Assembly (NCBI GenBank): GCA_016748015.1
Contig: JAAOMT010000328.1
Location: 450,955-514,954 of the forward strand
Direction: 5' to 3'
Source of the DNA: Geosiphon pyriformis uo1
Lineage: Eukaryota > Fungi > Glomeromycota
Length of the DNA stretch: 64,000 nt
In this document: one piece after another, positions 20,821-32,900 of the stretch
How positions within the stretch are numbered: the first letter of the stretch is position 1
How the letters are laid out: every line of letters starts with the position of its first letter
Made by a program: the position numbers and the translations under genes
Notes under the pieces: generated by a model
Database searches by the model: none
Told to the model about the DNA's origin: nothing
What the model saw: only the letters and a program-made list of their open reading frames with translations

Positions 20821-23800
20821 CAATAGAAACATAAACAGAACTGAAAATTTTTCCAACAAATTGAGCCAAACAATACCACCAGCAGTTGCCACCGAAGATA
20901 GCAGCCTTACAGCTATTTTTCCTTTTGAATTAGAGGAAAACAAGACTATGTTCAGTGGAGCAGCATTGGACAAAAAATGCTCAATCACTGCTATATATAC
21001 GAAAGCCACTATAAACAATACCCCAATCAAACTTATCTTAGATAGTGGATCCGCTGGAAGCATCATAACACTTCAACTAGTAAACCAACTGGGTTTCAAA
21101 GTTGATCATGTCACAATGTCCCAAATCATAACAGCCAATAGAAGTACAAAGCTGCCTTATAACAAAATCAACTTATTCCCTTTTGAAGTTAATGGCATAG
21201 TAATACCTACAAAAGTATTAGTAATGGATACTACACAATATTAAGTGTTAGTAGGAAATGACTGGCTAATAAAAGCCAACACCACCCTAGACTGGACCAT
21301 CCAAGAGCTTCTGATCAATTATAATGGCCACCAGGCCAGAATTCCAGCCACCTGTGGCCACTTTTAAAAACCCAGCACCAACCAAAGACCTACTTTCGAA
21401 TTTGAAAAAAATCCAGCACTACCAGTCATCGAAACCTATTAGCTCTCTTGGGCTAATGACCAAAGAACAAGACTACCAGCTGTACCAACGTGGACCAGCA
21501 AAAAAAGATCCAAATGGAACCAAATAAGTCCACAAAAAAACCACCAGCGACGCAAACCAAAACTAGAATGCTCAGTTTGCAAGAAGAAACTCTTGTCTAT
21601 GACTGCGTACAGTGCACTAAATGAAGACCCAAGAAACCCCACCCACTACTATTGTAACCATTATAACAAAAAAAAATACAGTTATCCAAAAAGACACAAA
21701 AAATGAGACAAGAAACTGTGCCTTGCTTGTGGAGAACCATTACTAAGAAGGTGCGACTGGAATGACATACCAGACAGAGGAAGAATGTGTGATGCAACTT
21801 GCCAATACACGATCCTTATCTGTGACTGGGTAAGAAGAGGAATGCTGTTCAAAACAGCGTTCAATAGAGTGTTAAAAAGACTACAGTACTACCTACATGA
21901 CAAAAACAAGTTGTACAACACTGCACAGGCCAAAATAAGAGGAGAAACCACTGAAGAAATACAATGTTGGAAAGAGTCAACCAAAGTAGTTGATAAAGTC
22001 ACCAGCTACAACATGTTCAACCCAGTGGACAAATTCCAGGACTATTACCAACAATTATGCCACACTCAACAAGAACAAGAACAATACCTTGCATAAATCA
22101 ACACTTACCTCTACAAAAACTGTCTTATTCCGTGCCAAAATTAGTGCTATAAAGAGTGTCAAGATGAAAGAGACTTAGAAAGAAAAATGGAAATTGAGAA
22201 TCAGCAGTCTCAAAATCAATCAATAAATCAACAAAACTCACTTGATGGTTCCAAGTCAGAAAAATTTGTAGTCTATACTGACCTAAAACAGGTGATTGAC
22301 ATCTGATACTTTGACAACGGGCACTTAGGAATAATACCCAAAAGAGCCCATCCAACCAATGCCGAATTTGATCTATGTTATTTGGAAGACAAATCCACAA
22401 CATTACCACCCAAGAGCATCACCAAAATCGACCTAAAAATAGCAGTTAAAATTCCACCAGGAATAATGATTCAAATAGCATCGCGATCAAGCCTTGCGAA
22501 AAAAGAAATAAGCATTTAAGGAGGAGTAATTAACTCCGGATATACTGGAAATTTGATGGTTTTGCTACAGAACAATTCAAAAAAGCCTTATATCATTGAA
22601 TCTAAAGAAAAAATTGCACAAGCAATTTTCCTACCATTGGTAAAAATTGAAATTCATGCCAGTAGAAAATTGTGAGAAATTGTTACAAACAATGAGAGAA
22701 ACTTTTGGTTTTGGATCAACAGGAAAAGGAATTGAAGTGAATTTTGCTAAAACAATAGAGGAAAAAGGCAAAGTAATTAAAACTGAGCAGTCCATCACAC
22801 TCCTATCATATGGAAAATCAGAAATAAGAATAAAAAGGACAATTAAAGAAAAAGACCTAATATTTAAGCCCTACCCAGAAACTTGCCAACAGTTTCTCAT
22901 AAGACTTACTAACCTTTTTATTCCAGCTAATAAAGCTCAATGGATAAAAATTCTTATTGCAAACACCACAGAAGAACTCATTTACATTTCAAAAGATACC
23001 ATTATTGAATACCTCAACACAGAGCTAAAAAACGCATCAACACCACAAGAAATTCTAAATTTCCCAGAAATTGCCCTCTACTGTAAACTCACTTTAATAA
23101 ATTGGTAACAACCATTGGAATGCTATCAATTTACACCAGAAAAATTGGCCAAATTAAACATTGGAACAATGAATTCTGACCAACAGTGACAATTAAAAGC
23201 ATTAATTTTAAAATATTTTGATATATTTTCACGAAATGACAAATTTGGAAGAACCAACTTGGTTCAATACCAAATCTCCACTGGAAATGCCAGACCTGAA
23301 AAACAATGCACTTACCATGTCTCACCAATGGAGCATAATTTTATCAGAAAAAAAGTCCAAAGCATGTTAGAAAAAGGAATAATTCAACCATCAAAAAGCC
23401 CATGGTTCTTACTAGTTGTTTTAGTAAGAAAAAAGAATAGAAAAATTAGATTTTGTGTTAATTATTACAAACTAAACAGCAAAACAACCAAAAACTCATA
23501 TTCAATACCATTAATTGACAAAATCTTCAACATTTTTGGAGGAGCAAAATGGTTTTTTACACTTGACTTGACTAATGGATATTGACAAGTGGAAATAGAC
23601 CCAAAAGACAGTATTCACAACACAAAATGGCAATTATGAGTTCAATGTAATGTCATTTGGATTAACAAACACTCCTGCGATATTCCAAAGACTAATGGAC
23701 ATAATTTACTCTGGAATTCTGTGGCAATCTGTTGTTGTCTACTTGAACAATACAAATGTTTTCTTGTCAAAATTCACAGATTATCTTCAACATTTGCAAC

Positions 23801-24546
23801 AAGTTTTTGAGAGATTAAGACACACTGGACTTAAACTAAATCTAGAAAAATGTTTTTTTGAGAAAAATGAGCTAGTATTTTTAGGACACGTAGTTGGAAA
23901 AGATAGAATAAAACCAGATCCACCAAAAATAGACAAAGTGAAAAATTTTCCAGTACCTCAAAATGTTTTAGAAGTTAGAAGCTTTTTAGGACTTACATTT
24001 TACTACTGTCACTTTGTAGAAAACTTTTCAAACATTGCCAAATCCCTTAATTACCTACTATCCAAAAATGTGAAATTTGAATAAACTAAAGTATAACAAA
24101 AAGCTTTTGAGTACCTTAGACAAAAGCTCATTGAATTACCAATAATGATTTATTCAAATTTCAACAAGAAATTTATTTTGGCCACAGATGCCTCTAAAAC
24201 TGGACTTGGAGCCATTCTATTACAAAAAAACAATAATGGAAGAGAACATGTAATCACTTATGCCAGCAGAAGTCTCAGTATGGCAGAACAAAACTATGCA
24301 GCACATGAACTTGAATGCTTAACAGTAGTCTGGAATTGTGTTCACTTTGACACATATTTATGGTACCAACCCTTTGAGATTACCACAGATCATAGAGGTT
24401 TGGTCTGGTTAAATAACAAAAAAGCACTAAAAGAAAAATATGCCAGATAGTTACAAACATTAGCACGATATGATTATATTATCAAATACAAAAAAGGTAC
24501 CAAAAATGCTAATGCTAACTGTTTGTTAAGAATAAAACACACATAA
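20821..24546 (+). pseudogene. pol: Family C protease-Cys-rich-dUTPase-RT-RNase H
   Basis: ILDSGSAGSII; MSFGLTNTPAIFQ; ATDAS; ELECL; ends NANCLLRIKHT*. Confidence 0.9.
22345..22722 (+). pseudogene. dut: dUTPase domain of family C
   Basis: AHPTNAEFDL, ASRSSLA, GGVINSGYTGNL, KIAQAIF, FGFGSTG: all five trimeric-dUTPase motifs. Confidence 0.9.
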
Positions 24547-24575
24547 AAATTACCAACCCACCTACCACAACAACA

Positions 24576-26947
24576 ATGAACAATCACCTTTACAAAAACC
24601 TCAGCCAATACTTGGAAACACTACAAATAGATGAAGAAATATCAGTAAAAGAGCTAATTAAGCTTCAAAAATTAGCAAAACACTATTTTATCCAAAATCA
24701 CATACTTTATTACCAGAATTGACAAAATTCAGATAATCTATTAAGAGTTATAACCATGGATGAAAAAAAAACTATCTTATTTAACATGTACTCAGATATT
24801 CATTCAGGCCACTTTGGAAAAACAGGAACCATCTAATGTGCAACTAGCCATTATTATTGGCCAAAAATGAGTTCAAACATAATCCAATACATAAGAAATT
24901 GTGACCCATGTTAATGAAGAGGAGGAGCAAAAACAATGGAATTATTAAGACCAATAAAAGTTGAACAGCCATTTGACAGAATTGGAATTGATTTAGTTGG
25001 ACTCTTACCAATAACAACAAGAAACAACTATTATATTGCAGTAGCTGTGGATTATCTCACCAAATGGCCAGAAGCTAGAGCTATTAAAACAGCTGATGCT
25101 ATTTCCATAGCTCAATTTGTGCATGAAGACTTAATTTGCCAGCATGAATGTCCACAAGAATTGCTATTAGATCAAGGCACACACTTCGTAAACAGCACCT
25201 TAAAAGAACTCAGCCAAAAATTTGGAATTAAGCAACTACTGTCATCACCATACCACCTACAAACAAATGGATTAGTTGAAAGATTTAATTACACATTATG
25301 TGAATCACTGGCAAAAATTAGTAATGAACATGAAAAAGAATAGAATTTATTCATACCAGCAGTACTACTAGCATATAAAACAGTAAAACAAGATACTATA
25401 CAATTCACACCATTTGAACTAGTTTATAGAAGAAAAGCCACATTACCAGTTGAACTTACTATTCCAACTTATCCAAGTGACACTATCATTAAAGCAACAT
25501 TTCAGGAAACACTACTTAAAAGAACATACAAATTAATGGAAACTTTAGAAAACAAAAGAAGAAAAGCAGCACAAAATATTGAACAATCACAAAAACAACA
25601 AAAAGTGAGACATGATAACCAGTGTTACCAAACGAAATTAGAGATATCATTTAGCATGAAACTATCTTATAATTCCTATCATTAATTAGCATATATTATC
25701 GTTTCAAATTATCACTTATTACATTAGCAAAAAATGTCTGAAATTATCATTTAATTAATAACCCAAATTGTACACAACACAAATGTAACCTAATTGCAAT
25801 GATCAATCATGCAATATCCCGAACTATGTAACATTCAAAAGTTCGCTGAAATTTATAGAAATTTGCCGAAATAATTGATAGTTCACCGAAATATCTAATA
25901 AGTTTGCAGAAATAACTTGTAGTTCGCCGAAATGTATCTTTAGTTCAGCAAAATTGTAGAAAATAGCAAAGTTCAAGTTCATAAAATAGTGTTATGACAA
26001 ATTGTATAAAAGAAGAGCTTCTCTCTTCGAAAAAATGTATCTTACTTTAGATTTATTACTTAGAACCAATTTTACACACACAAAAAGAAATAAAATACCA
26101 AATAATTTGAAAAAAAACCAAATTCTTTAATCATTACCCTTGGACAATCCCCAAAAACCAACTAACATTTCGAAATTGATTAGCTACCAATTTCAGTAAA
26201 CTGTTAGTGACTCCAGACCTGGATAGAAAACGTTTTTCTTGATAAAAATCTTATTTCTTTTACATTTTTTTATTTTTCTTTTCTTTTTTTATTACAATCA
26301 TTAGGGTAGCCTACAGATGAGATTCCTGTAGAAGAGTTGACTTTCACAGCAAAGGAACTACACATTTTTAGTGAGCTTCCAGACAAGCAATTCCTGGGAA
26401 AGAGTTGACGTTTACTACAACATAACTACATAAAACAACTGGCACGGAATTGGCCATTCCACTCATAAGTCCAGCAAGTTCAAATTATAGGAGATAATTT
26501 GAAGTTAGAAATTCAGTTACTGGAGGTTCAACCACACCCAGAAAACGTGAATTCACAGCAAATAAGTATCAAAAACATTACAGAAAAGAGACCAAAAACC
26601 TCTGGTAACACCAGTTACCAAATAATATAATTAGCTACAAAATTGGAAATAAAGTATTGTTGCATTGCACAAAAATGGAAAAACAATGGAGTGGAAAATT
26701 TGATCACAAGTGAGATGGACCATTTTATATTCATGAAATACTTAGAAATAGAACATACAAGCTAAGACTAAATGATAAAATATTAAGAAAAGCAGCATAT
26801 GGTAACTGGCTGAAATTCTATTACAGTAAACCAGTAATAACAACAAAGACACCCAGAATTAGAACACAATTATCTTTAATTTTACCAAAACAAATTCTAC
26901 AAGATTTAGAACCAATAGTTTTAATTGAACATTATTTAAAAAGATAA
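24576..26947 (+). pseudogene. Family C stand-alone integrase, interrupted by solo LTR D
   Basis: Own ATG; HSGHFG..CDPC; IGIDLVG; DQG; NGLVERFN; DGPFYI. Confidence 0.9.
25623..26610. repeat. Solo LTR of a fourth family (D), TSD CCAG
   Basis: TGTTACCA...TGGTAACA; CCAG at 25619-25622 and 26611-26614; host frame rejoins. Confidence 0.88.
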
Positions 26948-27702
26948 TTAATCTTAGATCACAGCAAAAATGATTTAACAACCATAAAAACACATGCAAA
27001 AAAAATTCCAAAATAGCAGTCAAAATTAAAACAATAATACTTATCCCAAAAAACATTAACAATATAACTCAATAATTAGTTGAAAGCTTACAACACTTAG
27101 AATTCAATCTGAAAATCACAGTTAATAGCTCCAAAATAACATACATAAAAAAAACAATAGAAAATCCAAAAACAAGAAAAGAACATAATTTTGAACCATA
27201 TAATATTACCAAACATAACAACAAATTTATCAGCAAAGTTATTGAAAAATTAGAGATAGTATTGGGCAATACATTAATAATGGAAGAAATAGAAATAAAT
27301 GAATTAACACCAGACACATTTAGCAACTTGAAAATGAAATTTCCAATTAACTACTGTTATTATCAATTAGGAAAGTACTTGAACATACAAACATTATACT
27401 CAAAAGACTCAACTAGAGTATTTGACAAAACAATTATCCAACTATTAGAACCTTTTATTGGAAAAACCAACATTCCATTCCATTCAAAAACAGTTTACAG
27501 AATTTTCAAAGCATTTGAAAACTGTCACAAACTATTGTTGAACCCAACCATAAACATAATAACAACCAACAGTATTGGACGACTTACCAATTTGCAATTT
27601 CAAGAATTACAACAACAAATTAATAACACAGTATTGAACTACTATAGTAACTTAGAATTTAATAAAGAAATTAACTTCGATTTCAACAAAGCTCAATCTT
27701 GA
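26944..27702 (+). pseudogene. Family C ORF3, unknown function
   Basis: YCYYQLG..LNIQ.LY..RVF..IIQ..E.FIGK..DFNKAQS*; homologous to family-B ORF3; stop overlaps PPT; start uncertain. Confidence 0.75.
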
Positions 27703-27715
27703 AAGGAGGGAATAA

Positions 27716-28590
27716 TGTTATGGTTTAAGAATTTAGCAAAAGAATCATAAAAATAATATAAACTATTCAATCATAATATAGTGCAGTAATAATTTTAGAA
27801 AGGTAATGATTAACATAGTAGCAAAACATCATTTCACAATAGTGGCAAGCACTAGTTCACAATAGCAGCCAATACCAACTGGTAATAGCAGCAAACACCA
27901 GGTTGAAATATTAAAAAGAAAGTATTACAATATGTTTTCTCGTAGAACTACAAACATGTATATATACAATAGCTTTAATATTAAGAAAAGTCAATCAAGT
28001 AATAAAAATCATAACTTATCAAGCAATAGATCCAATTTATCTAACAAACTCCACTTTAAATTGTATCTTTAAATTTAATATCCCAAGAAACCTTTAAATC
28101 AAAAAGAAATGAAAAAGAATATTTAAAACTGAATTATCACAACCCCAAAGTAGTAAAAAACTCACTTGTATTAATTATTGAATGAAACTATCATTCATTA
28201 GTTGAATTCCTTAGAAGAATAATCTCTGATTAAGATTATTCATGTTGTTACTAATTGATAAAAGCTTTATTGTGAGAATTAAGAAAAGCACTAAAGACCA
28301 TTAACATTCTATGTTTCTAGATTAAAGAAACACATCAGGCAATTGCAAGAATAGCCTCAGAGAAGACTCCAGACAGCAGGTAGATTTCAGTTCAGCCTCT
28401 AAGAAGGAGTACATAAACACACACAACAATCAGAAATTGAGAAATAACTTACATTGCAACATTAAAGAGAAAGCTTTCAATATAACAGTGACATTATCAC
28501 ACAAATAGAATTGAAGAATTTACAAGAGACTGATTGCAATTAAAACGGAATATCAGCAATTAAATATACCAAGAAAACCATTCTGTAATA
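27716..28590 (+). repeat. 3' LTR of family C element
   Basis: TGTTATGG after PPT; ends CTGTAATA where LINE ORF1 begins. Confidence 0.8.
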
Positions 28591-29967
28591 CTGGAAAAAC
28601 AAATAATAATAAGTTAATTGCAATCAAAAAAATTTTTATTGAATTGATGATTTTGGAGGAGCTTTTACTTCTTCAAAATTTCCAGGAATTATTAGATCAT
28701 CATTTACATTTGAAATAAATTTAAAAAAGGCTAGAAAAATGGCAATCAGTAAAAAAATTTTGTTAATGGTGATTTTAGAAAAGTAAACAACCAATTAGAT
28801 TGGGAAGTAATTGTTAAGAAAATTCCAGTTAATATTTCTAAATTGGCTGTGAAGTCTGTTTTTTCCAAGTTTGACAAGATTGTATTAATTAAGATACAAC
28901 TGATTGGTTTATGGCAAAAAGCTTTGGTGGAGTTTAATTTATCTAAAATAGCTGATTTGGTTGCAGTTAAGTGGTCTGTTCTTATGGAAAAAGATTTGGT
29001 TTGTGTTACAAAGACAGTTGGAGATAAACAATTATGAGTGTTAAGAGATCTATATTAGACATTGTTTTATATTTTTTTAGTTGGAACTATGGCTCATAAT
29101 TTTTCTGGTTTGTTGGGATCATATGGTGAGAAAACTTGTTTCATTGGCTGTAATATCAGTTTATATGTACATAATAGATGTGTAATAGTGTGGTTTGCTA
29201 ATGAAACATCCAAATTGGCTGCTATTGGTTCGACTTCAGTGTTTAAGAGTGTGAATTTATGCTGGACTGGTTTTTCTTTGGCCTGTTATGCTCAATGTAA
29301 ACAATTTGGTCATGTTTCTATAGTTTGTACAGTGAGTAGAAATCTTGGTAGTCGTGATAAGTGGGTGGTCACTTCTTAAGATTATATCTGCTTGATCAAT
29401 ATTTATAAGAAGAAGCAAGCACTTATTGCTTGTCCAGTTTCTTTCAGTGACAAAACTTGGGCTTGGATTGCTGGTGGTTCTTCTTCTTATATGATTTCAT
29501 CAGACTCTTTTGGTGCTGGTTTGTCTTTGGATATGAAATCCATTTCAATGGTTTTTAATTCTCTTAGTAATCTCTGTTTGGTTGATCATTTGGCTTCTTT
29601 GGAATGTTTTTTAGAGCTTTTGTCAGATTAGGTTTTTGTTATCATAAAAAAACTGAGCTTTGTGGAATTGGTGTTCCTGGTACATGCATCTCATACATCT
29701 TTTCCAGTTGTCTAAGCACTTTTGGCTTCTAATTTAGATTCAAATATGGCTTTGGATGATACATTGATGCTTTCCACCCTCCTTTTTTTAGTTATTGTGA
29801 ATTCAATTGCTGATTTTAGCTCAAGCAGTTCTAAGATTTTGACCACCAAGGTGAGTGAGTTGGAATTTAAGATGGTGGCTTTGGAGATGTTAGTTGAGTC
29901 AATTTTGAAAAGATTGGATTGCTTGTGCTCTGGTTTGGGTTCATCAGCTTCTCTTACCTCTTAATGA
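28591..29967 (+). pseudogene. LINE ORF1 (RRM-like, CCHC knuckle), partial
   Basis: IQLIGLWQKALVEF; CAQCKQFGHVSIVC-type knuckle. Confidence 0.8.
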
Positions 29968-32900
29968 GTGGTTTTGTGTAGAGAATTGCTACATGTAATG
30001 TTTGTGATATCAATATTCCTGCCAAGCAGAAGAATGTTATCTATTGGCATAAAGATTCTGGTAGTTTGGTTTTAATAATTACAGAAACAAAGTTGAGGTC
30101 TAGCTATAGGCCATGAATTAAAGATAAGTTTAATGGAGTTAGAGTTTTTTTATTTGGGTTAGACAAGGGGTTCTTTGGTGCTAAAGTGGCAATTATTATA
30201 AATGCTTCTTTGGCTCGTCATGTATATAAGATTTTTAAAGTGCCTGGCTGGCTTCTCTCTGTTAAGTTGCTTTTTAAGAATAAACTTTCTGTTTCAATTC
30301 TGGGGCTTTATGTTGGTACTTTTCCAGTTGTTCATTTTTTTTAGGCTGGTAATATTAATTTCCTGATAGCTAAGACTGTAAATGAGTCTTTTTTTGTTGT
30401 GTTAGATGGTGATTTCAATGAAAATGGCTCCTGCAGATGTGTAAATTTCAAGAAGTGTCTTGACTTAGAGCTGGTCAATTCTTTGTCAGGGAGTCTATTT
30501 GCAAAGAATCCTACATAGAAAAATTCAAAGAGCACTAAAAAGACAATTAATTACATGTTTATTTCTTCAAATTTGATTAATATAGTAGTGAATTATAATG
30601 TTGTGAATATCAATAAACATTTTAACTCTGATTACTGAGTGGTTTTTATGTCTGTGAGTTTAATAAGCTTTTAAATACACAGTTGAACTCTATTTGTAAG
30701 CAAGCTAATAGGGACTGATAAAAATTTGATTTTAAAAATACTGATATTATGAAGTAAAACAATTTCAAAGATGCCATAGCTGCTAATACAACAATGTTCT
30801 CTGACAAGTTCTCAATTTCTGTGAAGTTTTCAGATCTGGATGTAATATGAAATATTGTTTGCAAAATAATGACTTTTTTGGTTGATAGAATATTCAAAAA
30901 AAAATGATTTAAGGATTATGATAATGTTTTCATCAGAGATTCTTCTAGATTTCACAAACTAGAGCTTTTAATTTCAAGAATTTTTAAGACTTCTTGTGAA
31001 GAATGTCCTAACAAATTTGTGTTCTTTATGGAGCACTGGAATTCTTTGAACAGTGCTAAGACTTTAGTTATTTGAGATCTTGTGGACTTTGATATGAGTT
31101 TTAATTATGTGTATTTGGCTCTTTTCAGTGTAAAGAAATCTTATCATGCCTCCAAGCTTGTTGAATCTTTATAAACTAAGAAGTCAGGAATCAGGTCAGC
31201 CATTGATAAAAAAATAGAAAATTTTGCAGTTGACAAGGATCATACAATTAGGAGTGTACTAAAACATTCTTTTAAAAAGGTGGTTTTAGACCATCTGGTT
31301 GTTGAGAATAAACTGATTCTGAAATCTGAACTGGTTAAGGCTAAAGTGAATTTGATAATAAAGGGCTGGACTAGGAAGTGGGGGGTGGAAGCTAATTTCT
31401 TTGATAAGTGGTCTCATCAATATTAACCTTTGGAGTATGTTTTCAATAGGGCTTTCTTAAAAGTAATGAATCTAATTGGCTTTGATGAGTTGTTTTGTGT
31501 GGTCTCTAATTTGTCTGATAATAAGACTGTGAGTCTTTCCAAGATTCCAAATAAGCTCTGGAAACATTGTGACAAGACAGTTTTGGATATGTTTTTAGTG
31601 TTTTTGAATGCTTGTTTGTTTTGTAAATTGGTGTCTTGTGCTTGGAAGGAAGCTTGGATCTCAATAATCCCTAAGCCTTATGAATAAGAGAGTGTTTTTA
31701 CTAATACTTGGCCAATTGCTTTGATTGAGACAACCCATAAAATCTTTTTCAAGATTCTTTCAAATAGAATCTCATTGGCTTGTAGTATTTTTAACATTTT
31801 GCATGGGGACAATTTTTTAGTTTTAAAAAGTATGACAATGCAATCTTCTATTTTTGCCATTAATTCGGCTATTAAGGATGCTTTAGAGAAGAATTGTGAA
31901 CTCTGACTGGTCTTGTAAGACATGAAAAAAGCCTATAACTCTGTTAGATAGAAACATCTTAAAAAAAGCTTAGTTAGGATAAAAATGTGTGACAAGTTTA
32001 TTAAGTTTTTTGGTGGCATTTACAATGATTGTGTCAATAGAATTATGACAGATTTTGGGTTAACTGTTAAATATTAGGTGCACGACAGTTTAGACCAGGG
32101 AAAAGTGTTTTTATCACTTCTTTGGCACATATTTTATGATTTTCTTTTGTGTAAAATCAAGAGACAGAAAAGTGTATATAAGTACAGGCTAAACTCTTAT
32201 TACATTACCAGAATGGGTCACTTGGAATCTCAAGCTAAATTGACATCTTTTCTTACTGCTGGTGCTTTTGTTGATGACACAATCTGGATTGGTAGCAGCC
32301 AAACTGTAATCCAATACATTCTCAATATTGCTAGTAGATTTTTTCGAATCAATGACATTTTGATCAATAATAACAAGATGGTAGTCATTCTTATTAATTG
32401 CAGAGTTAATTGTACTAGTTTGTTTATCAGTGGTCTACCTATTTCCATTGCTAAAAAGGGCAAGTCCCATCACTATTTGGGTATCTTTTTGTTAACTAAA
32501 GACTTATCAAAGTCTAGCTTGGCCAAGGCCCACTTTGATGTCTATTTTTTTGCCAACCTTGTTCTGAAGAAAGCTGTTTCTGATAAGCAGTTTTCATATT
32601 TTGTGTCAGCAGTTCTCTACTCTATTGTCAGCTACAGAATGCAGTTTAGCTTTGTTCCTATTAATGTATGCAATAAGTAGGATGCTTTAATCCATAAGGA
32701 CTTGAAGTTAAAATCCAGTCTGCTTTTTAATTTTCCCAATAATGTGCTTCATCATCCTTTATTGTATGGTTTGAAAACTTTTGAGCAGGTTTAGGCCAAG
32801 AACAAAGTGGCTTCTGTAGTGTGTTTTGCAAACTCTGTTAGAATTTTGGGTTGTTTGTTTTTGCACCAGTTGCATAACTTACAAGTTCTGTTTTGGAGTT

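Larger units (their letters stand above)
20821..28590 (+). mobile_element. dUTPase-bearing Ty3/Gypsy retrotransposon, family C, 5'-truncated
   Basis: PR-Cys-rich-dUTPase-RT-RH, IN, ORF3, PPT GAAAGGAGGGAATAA 27701-27715, 3' LTR; right flank is LINE ORF1. Confidence 0.9.
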
